Shown: positions 1 to 11,303, counted from the first letter of the whole stretch. The stretch is 63,990 nucleotides of DNA, filler included, from Basidioascus undulatus (GCA_000826855.1; 3 parts of 3 records of this genome joined end to end with filler, not necessarily neighbours in it); one strand, 5' to 3'. The notes: generated from the sequence alone by a model not told the origin. A program made the numbers and translations.

Positions 1-378
1 CTCGTCCTTCTTCCTCACGTCATCCTTCTTGTCCTCGTACTTGTCCTCGTACCGCTCCTTATTCTCCTCCTTCTTCTTCTTCTCATCCTTTTTGTCCTCA
101 TACTGGTCCTCGTACTTGTCCTCGTACCGCTCCTTCTTCTCGTCCTTCTTCTTCTCGTCCTTCTCGTCTTTCTTCTTCTCGTCCTTGTCCTTGTACTTGT
201 CTCCGAGGTTGATGTACTTCCCAGCGTAGCGGAGGTGGTCCTGGAGGTTGTCAAAGACACCCTTGAGCTCGTCATTGATGTATTCCGCCATGTCGTTGCG
301 GCGGCTGTGGGCGGGCGCGGCCGAGACGCCGAGGCTGACAAAGAGGAGGGGGATGGCGGTGTAGAGGGCGGTGCGCAT
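1..378 (-). CDS. Secreted K/D/E/Y-rich repeat protein (3' end runs off the window)
   Basis: Open frame from the ATG at 378 to the window edge, absent from the ORF track because it has no stop: MRTALYTAIPLLFVSLGVSAAPAHSRRNDMAEYINDELKGVFDNLQDHLRYAGKYINLGDKYKDKDEKKKDEKDEKKKDEKKERYEDKYEDQYEDKKDEKKKKEENKERYEDKYEDKKDD. It has a hydrophobic signal peptide, an RR site and a charged repeat region. Confidence 0.8.
   Translation of the reverse strand, partial: MRTALYTAIPLLFVSLGVSAAPAHSRRNDMAEYINDELKGVFDNLQDHLRYAGKYINLGDKYKDKDEKKKDEKDEKKKDEKKERYEDKYEDQYEDKKDEKKKKEENKERYEDKYEDKKDDVRKKDE
31..135 (-). repeat. Exact 30-bp direct repeat (31-60 and 106-135) encoding KERYEDKYED
   Basis: gtcctcgtacttgtcctcgtaccgctcctt occurs twice, 75 bp apart. 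Confidence 0.9.
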
Positions 379-1380
379 TGTTGGCTGTTGGTTGGTGTGA
401 AGGAGTGTGAGTGTGGGTTTGGGAGTGGGTTGAGAAAGGAGAGTGAGCTGAGGAGTGTGGGAGTGGGGATGGGATTAGAAGCACTTTCGAGGAAGACTGC
501 AGCAGCTTATGTATCTCCACAGAAGTGTTGTGAAGAACGCCTCTTTACGCAGGAGACAGGTGGGTGACAGTGTCTGCTCCCGCGCGAGGCAAGTGAGTGA
601 CAGCCATCTCACTGCCTTTACGTTGAAGAGCAAGGCTGAGCCGTGGGAGGCTTAACACAAACAGACCAAGGCGTTGTGGGCCTCTGGAAGAAATCAATGC
701 GAGTTCAGGGAGAATGCCGGCTTCCCGGATGGCTGATGATGTGACGATCTGCCGACATGGAGCTACAGGAGCAGACTGCCCTCTTCCGCCTCCCGGAGCG
801 CTTGCCTGCCACCGCTGCGGAGCCAGTACGCCCCGGGGTATTTTTAGGAATGACAAACAAATAAGGTGAAATAGTTTGGTCAGATCAGAGGAACCGGAAG
901 AACGCGCAACGGGCACCGAATGCAGCATGCAGCGCTGCGGTGAGGATCCCGGTCGACGGCCGAGGCAAGGCAGCATACGGGAATGAAACGGCATCGTGGC
1001 TCGTGTCAGTGGCTTAGAAGAGAATAAATAATGCAGCAAATAATGCATTTACTGATTTGAATGCTGGGCAACGTGTGGAGAGGACATTTGAACGTGGTCT
1101 GGCCGCCAAAAACGCAAACGAATGTCGTCTCGCTCACCTCACTACGCTTCACCGGATCTGATGTACATCTGCTTTTACCCCCCTTCTTTACCCGGTTAAT
1201 TTGACGAACTTTCATCGGGCCATATCGCCAATTGATGAGCGCCCCGCAAAGGCGACAATGTAGTCCCAACCGGTGCCCTTTCAAACGACACCACGCACGG
1301 GAGAGCCAACAACAAATGTAGTTCTATTGTTCATTGTCATCTTTCATCATCCCTCAAAGTCATCTATCCCGGCCCCCTCC

Positions 1381-2303
1381 CTATTCCGGATGGATAGCCG
1401 GGTCCTTCCGATGCAGCTCCTCCGCCCACTCGGGCGGCTCGTCCTTGCCCGCCTCTTCCAGCTCGTCGCCCTCCTCCTTCGTCTTGTGCACCGTATCAGC
1501 CTTGTGCTGCCCAATCCATTGCCAAGAATGTCAGAATTCGGGATGGAGCGTGAGAGAAGGGGGAGCGCACTTCCGCCGGCGCATACACCGTGTAGAGGAT
1601 AAGCGGCGTCGCGCCCTTGTTCTCGAAGTTGTGCTTCGCGCCCGCGGGGACCTGTTCACACCATCCCATTGGCGCTTTCTCGGGAAGAAAAGAGGAAGGA
1701 GGAGATGGGAAAAGAGTTAGGGAGAGGACGCACGATGACCACGTCCCCCGACGTCACTTCCGCGCGCTTGCCGTTCACGATTGCGAGCGCGGTGCCGGAG
1801 AGGAAGGTCAGGTGCTGGTCGACTGTGTGGATCTCTGTGCGCGGGCAGGGAGTCAGTACGCGTCAGCGGTCCATGCTTGAAGGTATGACGAAGGGGACAG
1901 ATAAGGGGGAAGAATAGGAAGGTACCTTCGCCAATCTCGCCGCCGACGGGAACTGTGGGGTGTCAGCGGTGAGCGTGTATTGGTAGGTAGTATGAAGAGA
2001 GGGAGACACGCACTAGTCATGAGCACGAACTGCGAGTTCCTCCCCGTCCAGAGTACCCTCCTGAACTCGGGCGAGTTGCTATCCCCACCGCCCCTCCCAA
2101 CACTCAGCTCCTGTTCCCTCCTCCCCATTCCCAGCCTCCAATTCCCGCACTCACGCAGCGATCGCATTGATGTTCTTGAGCACCGCCATGTCCTTCGGCG
2201 GCTCGGTGTTTGGCTTAGGGACGGTGACGGTCATCTTGGGTGCGGTGTAGTATGCGCGGGGTGCGAAGGAGCGGAGGAGGGGGATGGGCAGGCGGGGTGG
2301 CAT
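1381..2303 (-). CDS. Cupin (RmlC-like, cupin_2) domain protein, multi-exon
   Basis: Spliced exons read ...MAVLKNINAIAA / NSPEFRRVLWTGRNSQFVLMT / VPVGGEIGE / EIHTVDQHLTFLSGTALAIVNGKRAEVTSGDVVI / VPAGAKHNFENKGATPLILYTVYAPAE / HKADTVHKTKEEGDELEE...HPE*. Both cupin motifs are present. In-frame ATGs at 2303, 2234 and 2189. Confidence 0.85.
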
Positions 2304-2559
2304 TCAGTGGTGGGGATGGATGGTAGTTGCGGAAGATGGCGAGGGCGAGGGGGGATGCGGGCTCGAATAAGGAGCTGAGAAGATGACGTCGGCAGGTTGG
2401 GACGCGACGATCGCTCCTCCGCTTATTCACGGCCGTCCACCGACGCGTCCAGTCGCGGGTGCGAGTGCAAGAAAATGAAACGCGTCCATCGCGCAGCCGT
2501 AGAGCTCAATCGTGCACAACAGCGGGCAAACAGCGAGCGATAAATGTACGGGAATGGTC

Positions 2560-2995
2560 GAGGGTAATAGCGACCATACCGCCCTCATCGACACCCGCGA
2601 GCCCTCCGCTCCCAGACCACGCCCCCCGCAACAAGCACGGCCGCGATAAGTAAGACGGGCAATATCCATTTTCCGTAGCACTATCTCCCTCAGAACTTTC
2701 CCTCGTCAGCAGCTTCCCCGTCTTGTCCTCCCAGCGTTGCACCCACCTTGATCTCCGCTACCAAGCACTCCCGCGTCACTTTGGGGAGCCCGTCCCGCCT
2801 CAACCGTCCGCCTGTGTCTCCTGCCGCACTGCCCCCTGCTCCGGTCTCTGATGGGGGGTGTGCTGAGGTAGCTGAGGAGGGGAACGAGATCCGCGAGGAG
2901 GAGGGCGCGAGGTTGTGCGAGTGGTAGACGTGCGAGGGGAGGAGGGGGGCGCGGCCGCTGGCGCCCGTGCAGCTACCGCTGCGACGGGGGGGCAT
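2560..2995 (-). pseudogene. Possible decayed RMD1/Sif2 (DUF155)-like fragment
   Basis: A low-complexity N-terminus ending ...RRDGLPKVT resembles the LP(K/R)VTAYCTA start of the RMD1 domain. No clean donor follows, and the downstream similarity (RV-DE-AVW) needs frameshifts. Confidence 0.25.
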
Positions 2996-4210
2996 CGTTG
3001 AGAGGGAAGACGAGGCGGTTAAGAGGGGAGGGTGCGAGGGCGCGAAGGGAGATGGGCGATGGATCGAAGCGGGAAGGGGGATGGCTGAGATGCACAGATA
3101 GGGCAGGCAAAATGACGTCGTCGGCCTTATCGCAGCGACGTGTTTTCAGTCTCAAAACTCAAACACGAACAACGACTTTTAACATTACATAATCTCACGA
3201 AAAGGCTTGAACAAAGTTAACCTCATAGGTAGACCAGCACGTCCTCTGTCCAGGGAGAAGTGGCACAGTTGGTGAGTTGCAAACGATGAAACACTGCACG
3301 CCTCTTCCGATGCACCACTGGGCTAGCGTGCAGGCTATATCTCCATGTGGAGAAGATCCTCTATCCTCAACCAGGGGAATTTTAACTGTTCAGGTCATGT
3401 GCAGCCGACCAGCAACGCGAAGACAGCCTTCGTGTATGTACAGCAAACACTCCATCGCCTGGCTCGCCCGGCTCGCTCCCGCTCCCGCCGGCACCGCAGT
3501 CAAAATAATGCATTCCATAGTTCTAATAGATATAAGCCTCGCTGTGGGCAATACATACCGGCTGCAAACTCAGGCGCTGCGAAACAGAGTGTTGTTCAGG
3601 GCCTGGCGTTCCGCATTGCCCGGTGAGGTGTCAAAACTTCCAAGGGACCCGGCTGGGCAAAATGGAGTGTAAGAGATGTGCTGGTACTCGTCAAAGAGTT
3701 CTAGGAATGGTGGCAAGACAAGCATGCTAGAGGGTGTGCATTGGGTCGTACCGTTCCGTACGTATACAGATTGACGGACTGGAAGCGGTGATTATACTAA
3801 AAAGGCACGAGGTGCCTGAAGATCCCCCTCATTTACACGTGCTTCCGTCGATCCCTTGGGACCTGGCTGCTATGCGCGAACTGCCTTGCCCATTCTGTCC
3901 CGCACGGAGACAATGAGTGTAATAGGCGGATGGAGGTGGCGGGCGCTACGGGTTCCAGAAGAACGTTTTAAAGACACGAGGATGAGAGTACAGCCTGAGC
4001 TTCGGGCTGAGGCTCTCGCTCGCCGATGCGCACGTAAGCAGTCGTCTTCCCAACTCAGTTTAGCCGTGTGGGACACGACCTGCTCAAGTTGACGACTACG
4101 CAGGCCAGGCGCACATAAAGATGAGTCGGTGTTCGAATGAACTGCCCCTCCAGCCCAGTCTCCAGCATTACCCCTCCCCCCCCCAAACTCGACCACTCAC
4201 CCAGCCGCCA

Positions 4211-4671
4211 ATGCTTGCCCTCCGCTTCTTCGCCTTTATCCCGCTCTTCGCTCTTCTACCCCTGGCCGGGGTGACGCATGTGACGCTCACAGGCTACCTC
4301 GCACGCCGACGAGCTACGAGTGCTCCGCCTGCACGTCGTGGGCGACGAACCAGGGCGTCAACCTCGTCGCTACGCTGGGCACTGCCGTGTACGTCCAGGC
4401 CCTTTTTACTGGGTATTTTAGAAGAACAGTGCTATGATGGGTGCTACGGTTCCGCAGGCATGCGGACGTCGGGGGTCAGACGGGCCACCTCACCTGCGAC
4501 GCCTATCAGGGCGAGAACAGGCGCGACCCGTTCAGCTCGACGGGGGAATCAGCCTCAACTGCCCCACCGGACGGATGGTGGGTGTTTGGGTCCAGTGCTA
4601 GGGTGTTAGAACGGGTTCCAAAAGTTTGCGGCCGGGAGGAGGGCGGCCTGGCAGTCGATGTTTGGTTCTGA
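4211..4671 (+). pseudogene. Small secreted Cys-containing protein, apparently frameshifted
   Basis: Signal peptide MLALRFFAFIPLFALLPLA, then in a different frame SYECSACTSWATNQGVNLVATLGTAV, a GTACGT...CGCAG intron, then HADVGGQTGHLTCDAYQGE. Confidence 0.35.
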
Positions 4672-5013
4672 TTCATTCTGCTATGAGCTCGCGAATACGC
4701 TGCGCAGTAGGAAATAAAGACAACTATCTCAGGATGTACAAAACCTTATGAAAGTTAATTATGGACAAGGTTTTAGAGGTAATCTCACAAGCGGACGTCT
4801 CTCCGAGCACGCTTTTCATGAGAGGTGACGCGGTTGATAATTTGGAAATCATGAAGGACAGCACGCATCTTCTGATACATCACTAATGATCAATCGGGAA
4901 GTTAATGTCCGTCTAAAAAGTCAAAATAGCCGAAGCGTACTGCCCTGGACAAGTGGAACGGGCAGCAAAGCGAAGACAACCTCCGCAGGGCACCGTTGCA
5001 CGAATCGCACACA

Positions 5014-5590
5014 CTATCGCTCTTGGAGTGAACGTCGCCCAGATGTCGTAAAACAACAGCTTTTATGAAAGCGTATCCGGGTTTTCAATGAGACATCAGA
5101 CGCGGTATGCGAGTGTGACGCAACATGCATGCGCTGTGCAGACTGCAAGATCCACTCATCAACAAGCCACTGCGAACCCCTCAACCGCTCCCAATCTCCC
5201 AAAGGGTACCATTGCTGATGTGCGTTTGCAACCAACCACCCTAATGGATGGGTCTCGGAAGCTAAGATGGCAACACGCTCAACGTGCTGATGAAGGGGCG
5301 GTCGCCGCATCTGAATGCCCTTATCGAGCGCAGCTTCGATGTCCTTGATGTCATAAAGAAACGGATGCTCTCTGCGGTCTACAAGGATGATTTTCCTCAA
5401 GGCCGGCGCCAATTCAGCAAAACTCTGAGCCCGCCTTACCTTTAAGGAACTGCGTTGGCCGCTTGCGGCTCCTCCGCTGTACGGTGCCAACTTCAGGGCT
5501 TCAAAACCCCAACTGTTCCTCGTTGATCGTCACAGTTGTTATATCAGTCTTGAGGGAAAAAATGGACCCAAATAAGCGCAAACATCCTTC
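5014..5590 (-). pseudogene. Protein-like remnant of unknown family
   Basis: Protein-like stretch AQSFAELAPALRKIILVDRREHPFLYDIKDIEAALDKG...WYPLGDWERL with no convincing start and stops upstream. Confidence 0.25.
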
Positions 5591-5706
5591 TTCAAACCAA
5601 GGAGAGCGTGCATGCAAGACCGAACCATTTCCGCACATATGCCGTCTCGCAACACAAACAACCCCACTCTATCAAAGAGTCCAAGGGTCGGCATCTCTCC
5701 ATAGCA

Positions 5707-8200
5707 TCAGTAACCCCCGCACATCCCCTCCAACCTCTCGAACTCCACCCCAAGCGCAGCATAGAACTCCCATGCGTCCCTGTCCGCCAGCCCAACACGC
5801 TCGAAGCCGCGCCTTGCGGCGCCGCCTCCTTCTTCCTGCCGCGGCGCGGGCGACGCGGGCGGGGAGGGGCTGGCGTGGGTGCGGGAGAAAATCTCCGAAA
5901 GAGCGTGGGCGACGTTGGCAGTCGCGGAGGGGGTCGAGGAGGACGGCTCGGGCTGGCTGTCGACGGCGGGCAGCTCGAGGACTTCGGGCAGCGGCGAGAG
6001 AGGCCCGGTGTTGCGCCTGATGTGCGAGGGCGCGAAGCGCACACCCCCGGCCAGAGCCTCCTCCCCCGCCCGGCTAGTGTCCGCCTGCGTCTGCGTCCGC
6101 TGGACCTCCGCCTGGAACACATCCAACTTCTCCTGAACCTTTTTATCGAACTCCTCCCAGTTCCACTGCGCTCCACTCTCGTCGCGCCACGCTGCCAGAG
6201 CCGCGCCCCACGCGCCCTCGGGAGTCCGCCCGCCCTCCCGCGCGACGAGCACGTCCGCACCCAGCACGTCTGCTGCGAGCTGCGGGATCTGCGAGCTGCG
6301 GGTGGGCGCGCCGGTGGCGTAGATCCGGTGGAGCGTGGGCGGTGGGCGGGTGGAGTTGGCGGATGGGAGGCAGAGGGAGAGGCGCCGGCGGAGGGAGAGG
6401 AACTGGGATTCGAGGAGCGCGCGAGGGTTCGCACGGAGGTCCTGCACCGAGGAAGGGAGGCCGACAGTCAGCGGAGACGAGCAAGGGGACGGGTGAAGAG
6501 GAATGTACTAACCCCGAACTCGATGACTCGCACGCCCGTCTCGAAGCGGTACACGCCGTAGGCGGCGGCGGAGCTGTTGCTGCGGAGCTGCTCGGGCTGG
6601 GGAAAGACGAACAGGAAGAGCTTGTCGTCGAGCCTGTCAAGGGTAGTGATTGTTCAGGCAATGATTTCCGGGGAAGGGGAAGAGACGTGAATACTGGAAG
6701 AGACGCACCCGACGCTTCCGCCCGGTGGGACGGCGGCAATGAGGACGTCGAATGCTGACCAAGACATCGCTCCAGAATGTTGCTGAGCAAGGAGCGACGA
6801 GGGACTGGGTCAGTAACCGTCGCCGAGCGCACTACAGTCGCGTACTCATGGACCTACTCTGATTGAAGTCCTCGCCGGCCCAGCGTTGATGTTCTCGATC
6901 ATCACGACCCTCTCAGCTCCCGCTTTCCGGGGATCCGGCAGCACGCGCGCCATCGCCTGCGGTGGTGGGACATGCGCCTGCGCAGGGTCATCCTGGGAGA
7001 GGGGGAGAGGGGCTAGGAGGAAATCTGAGGTGCCAAGTGATAGGAGGGCGTCTTGGGACGAGAGGGGTGGACGCAGAGCAAGGAGGAGCGCGAGGGGCTG
7101 GGGTAACGCAGGGGGAAGGAGACAAGTGGGAGAAAAGCTGTCGTGGGCGGGGAAGGTCAGTTGAGAGATGGAGGCTGTGAGGGCATGGGAAGATGCACGA
7201 GTACCGCTCGACCAGGTACGGCCCTACGAACTGTGTCTTCTCATCCCCAAACTTCTCGACATTGCCGAGCATCTCCTGCAAGCGCAATCCGCCCTCTTCC
7301 GAGCCGCCCATCACCGTCTCGCAGGCTTCCTCCACCCATTCATCCTTCCTTGGCCAGACATTCCACAGCCCCATCCCAGCCGCCTCGCCCTCCCCCATAT
7401 CCCTAACGCATCCCGCCAGCGCGCTCACCAGGAACGCGCCCGGCCCGCGCACGTGTGCGGCGCGGTGGCGTAACGCCTCGTGGACCTGCGCGAGGTGCGC
7501 CGGCGCTGACGCGCTCGACGGGCGCGCGCCGGTGAGAGTCGTCCAGGTCTCCGGCGGGAGGGCGCGCTCCAGGGCGTGCGTGCGCGGGAGGCCGGAGGAA
7601 GCGAGCGGGGAGGGCGCGTATGGGTTGGCGAGAAGCGATGGGGAGGGTTGCGCAGGAAAGAGTTGCGGGTGCAAGGGCAGGAGAGGCGAGAGGGAAGAGA
7701 GGAGTTTCCGGGCGGATGGGGAGAAGAGGAGCGGCAGAGGGAGAGGCGCGGCGGTCGTCAGGGCTCTAACGGTGGAAAAGGGGAAAGACATCGATTGCAG
7801 CTTTTCGAAAAGCACATCTGGTGATATAAGGTACGAGAGAATGTGAGGAACATTGGATGGGTGATTGGAAATGGATGAAGAGAGGGTGTGGAAAGCGCAC
7901 CGATTGCCTTTATCCACATCTCAGGCGGTATGGTCTGCGCCTCGCTGTGATGCACACCTCCATGCGTGCTGTCCGAGCATCCCACCAATGCATCAGAACC
8001 CTCCATCCCGCCCCTGCCAGTGCCCACCAGGGGACCCACTTGAATTCGAGCTGCTCCTTCCCAAATTCGACGCGCTCGGTCCTCACGACCGCCAGCGAGT
8101 CCGCATCCACCGCGAGCGCACTGAGCCGCTCAAGCGAGAGCTCGAGCGAGAGAATGAGCGGCCGGCTAGAGCTGCTGCTGCTACTGCTGCTGGTAGACAT
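5707..8200 (-). CDS. Xylulokinase-like (FGGY/actin-fold) protein with degenerate active site
   Basis: Exons joined by canonical introns: LILSLELSLERLSALAVD...GGVHHSEAQTIPPEMWIKAIDVLFEKL...SWSAFDVLIAAVPPGGSVGLDDKLFLFVFP...RALLESQFLSLRRR...RIYATGAPTRSSQIPQLAADVLG...GAALAAW. The blocks are collinear with fungal XKS1. Confidence 0.75.
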
Positions 8201-8604
8201 GGCCGCCTGGAGAGCGAAGATGGTGATAACCGGTGAGCAATCCTCACCGAAGAGAGCGCTGAGCTGGAGGGGGCAAGCTCGAGTGGCACGATCTGCGGAG
8301 CAGCGGCGGGGATTGTTGAACGGGATGCCATGGTTGACAAGTATTCACGAATAGGCGTAGAAATTGAACTCATACGTCTTCAATATGATCGAGGTAATTG
8401 AGTCAGGGGTTCTGGCGCTGTCAGCGCGAAAGGCACGCGACGGCCCGCGAGAAGTCCCGTCGCGGGGCCGACGGTGGACAGGTGGGAACTGCCGGTCAGC
8501 GAGCAGCGTGGAGCTGGGAGGCAAACAGCGATTCGCCATTCATTGCAGGTCAGTTAGGCAGGGCAGGAGTGATTGAGGGTCGAAAGAAAAGAGGGAAGGC
8601 ATAG

Positions 8605-9040
8605 AAGGCACGGAAAAAACGAAACCACTTCACCGTGACCCTAACCTGAAGTTTGGCCAACTCCCACCTGTTACGCAGCCTTTCAACATCCCTTTCCAGT
8701 AGCTGGGGGATGATCTAGCTATACATTTCAAATTGCAGATCCCTTGGCGACACACGGCAGGGGAGCCCTGCACGGTGCGATAACGCCTTGCCTGGCACGC
8801 AGCCTGGCACAGTCGTGAAGTGCCGGCGGAGGCCTTTCGGGCACAGATGATTGATCTCGGCGCAGTGTCGCGGTACTTTCTAGCAGTTACACATTACAGA
8901 CACGATTGCCTACTCGCCCTTTCAACCTCCAAGTCTGGTGTCAAGTAGGACTTTCGGCTGCCAACGCCTGCAAGCCGGCTAGGGTGTCCCCATTATTTTA
9001 AATTTTTGAATGTCACTCGGGACTTGTCGGTGGGCGCTCG
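8605..9040 (+). ncRNA. Candidate structured ncRNA (Sm-class or telomerase-RNA-like), unproven
   Basis: ORF-free region with several helices, mostly with G-U pairs on the + strand. ACCCTAACC at 8638-8646 and AATTTTTG at 9001-9008. Confidence 0.25.
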
Positions 9041-9090
9041 GCCTCTTTGACGTGGAAAGCTTCAGCAAAAGATTCAAAGTTAAAAATAAC

Positions 9091-9163
9091 TGGACATTCC
9101 CGGAATTGAACCGGGGACCCCCTCAATGCGAATGAGATGTGATAGCCCCTACACCAAATGCCC
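9091..9163 (-). tRNA. tRNA-Ala(CGC), intronless
   Basis: Reverse complement GGGCATTTGGTGTAGGGGCTATCACATCTCATTCGCATTGAGGGGGTCCCCGGTTCAATTCCGGGAATGTCCA folds as a cloverleaf with a CGC anticodon, the G3:U70 Ala identity pair and a TTCAATT T-loop. A T5 Pol III terminator follows. Confidence 0.97.
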
Positions 9164-10097
9164 ACATCAATGTAATTGAACTTGAAACACAATTAAGATT
9201 CCAAAACTTACATGGACCTTGAGAAGCTATAGGCAAAGTTGCAGAGGCCTCTAGGAAGCCAATGCCGAAAGATTAGCAAGGAAAGGTTTCGAAGACATTC
9301 CCCCATAAAGCATGAGGTTTCTTAAATTTCCGGCATGGGGTCATGGTGCGTTGTCTAGCAGACTAGCAGTCTCTGCAGTTCCCTTTTGCATATAAGTCCT
9401 CTTGTGTCTCTCGGTTCAAAATTATCTCAGGTTAGTCCCAGGTCTGAGTCGTCGGACTGTGAGCGTGCTCGGCTCCGCAACGCTCACGGCACCGGATCTT
9501 CGCGCCAGCAATGTACGGCATTTCAGGTAATGTTTTGCTGTACAAATCAATGAACGGCAATACCCAGCCATTTTGTGTAGTGCTTGGTCTCTTCAACCCA
9601 GAACGGGCCCGGCCGTTGAGAATTCGCTGCTGGCAGCCTCGGGGAGGACCAGTTGTCGAGGGATCAGCCAGGCCTATAAAGCACTGTGTCACCTCAGCTG
9701 CACCCTGCACGATTTTATTGTCTCCGAGATTTCATCTGGACTCGTTTCGAGAAATTTTGGCTTCTGGTCTTATGTTGAGCAAGTCGACAACCTTCTCCTG
9801 GCGATGCCGCGACACGCGACGGAGAAATGCAGTTTTCTGACTGGCTGGCTAGAGTTGTCTATTGGTCCGTTTCTCTGTCTCCATGAAAAATAACTATTTC
9901 TGTAGAGGGACTCGCCGGCTGCTCCTACATCGTATAAAGGAGAGCTTTTCAGTGGACACAGCTTGAAAGTGCGACTGCGCTGCGGCGAGGTCCGGTGAAC
10001 TGACGTCACTTACTCCGCTCGGCAAGCCAACTCGCTGCTCCTTCTTCCCTCCTCTTTCTTCCACAATCACCATCCATCACAAGACACAACCACAACG

Positions 10098-10606
10098 ATG
10101 TACTCTCTCGAACGCACCACCCGCTTTGTCCACACCTTCACCCGCAGCCTGCAGACGACCGCTGCGCGCTGGGCTAGCAAGGACAACGCCGTGCCGCACA
10201 TGTCGCAGGAGGAGGAAGGAGGGCGGTTGGATGCTGCTGAGCTCTCGTACGTCCATCCCACTCTTCTCTATTGTGGGGCCGCGAGTCACTGACGCTGAAG
10301 GACGCCCGTTGGAACGTGGGTTGACTACACACAGGAAGCACGGGCGTGCGCGGGCGTTCGCAACAGCTGATGCGAGCAAGGATAGCCCGCAAGAAGCTGA
10401 GCAGGCCGCGGACAGTGCAGTGGCGCAGGCGCTCCAGGAAGATGTGAGTGAGGTTAAGAAGAGCTGGGTGGTCGTCGCCGGGGTTAGCGCTGACGATGAG
10501 GTACTGCGGGTTGCTGTGGACGCCACAGGATGGTGGACGTACGGACGCTGCGGAGCTGAGTAAGAAGGGCCGCGAGGAGACTGTGGGAAACGCGGAGTGC
10601 CGGTGA
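10098..10606 (+). CDS. Small hydrophilic protein with mitochondrial-type presequence and a duplicated GGRxDAAELSKxGR motif (3 exons)
   Basis: MYSLERTTRFVHTFTRSLQTTAARWASKDNAVPHMSQEEEGGRLDAAELS / KHGRARAFATADASKDSPQEAEQAADSAVAQALQED / DGGRTDAAELSKKGREETVGNAECR*. Donors are GTACGT and GTGAGT, with CTGAC/TTGAC branch sites. Confidence 0.7.
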
Positions 10607-11303
10607 AAGAAGATGCCGAATGGAAGCAGGAAGGGGCGACTAGTAACGCGTTCTTGACTTGACTTAGCTCCCACGGTCTTACCTGTATGTTTTGGTGGAT
10701 ACCCCAGAGATTCGTGCCCTACCTGATGGAGGACGTAAACGCAGAGCAAGAAAGAGGTGGTCTTGCAACCAAAGGCGAGCACGTCGCCTGCACCGCCTGC
10801 CTGACTATGCCTGGTACCTTGCATGTTCACGCGCATTTTTGGAACCAATCGTCTTCAGATATGCAGGTCGGAAAGACCGCAATGCGGAGATGAGGTACTC
10901 TGTGGGAGGGAGGTCTTGTGACGGTACAACCGTCGTGCACGCATGCACGCCTCTATCGTCGCCGACGTTCGCCGCTTGCGGCTTAGCATTGGTGTCTCGA
11001 ATTTCCTGACTGGTTCAAGAAAATCAAGGACCTTCTGCGGAAAACCATTCACGTTCACGAAGAGGGGTCGAGTGAAGGCATGCCTGGCCGCCGCTGCGAG
11101 GCTGGATGTGTGAGGTCGTGTTGATGCAGCACAACGGTACACGGCCTAAGAAGTGCAATTGACGCCTTTCATAATTGTAGCAGAGACCTGGTGGATCCTG
11201 GCAGTCCCTAGTGCTCTAGCTGAAGGCAAGTATCCCGTCCCAAGATGAATTTAAAAAAAAAATTGCAATTCTATCTCTCCTGTCTTCCTCTTCCGCCCCC
11301 CCC

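Noticed and set aside
5592..7846. Long overlapping ORFs such as 5608-6561 and 7193-7846 (and similar ones like 14719-16005 and 50383-51265)
   Set aside because: Antisense or off-frame shadows of real GC-rich genes, with Arg/Pro/Ala-rich translations and no motifs.
8640..9000. RNase MRP-like words on the minus strand (GAAAGT twice, ATAGCTA)
   Set aside because: No complementary P4 3' strand or CR-V motif downstream, the tRNA terminator lies before it, and most G-U pairs favour the other strand.
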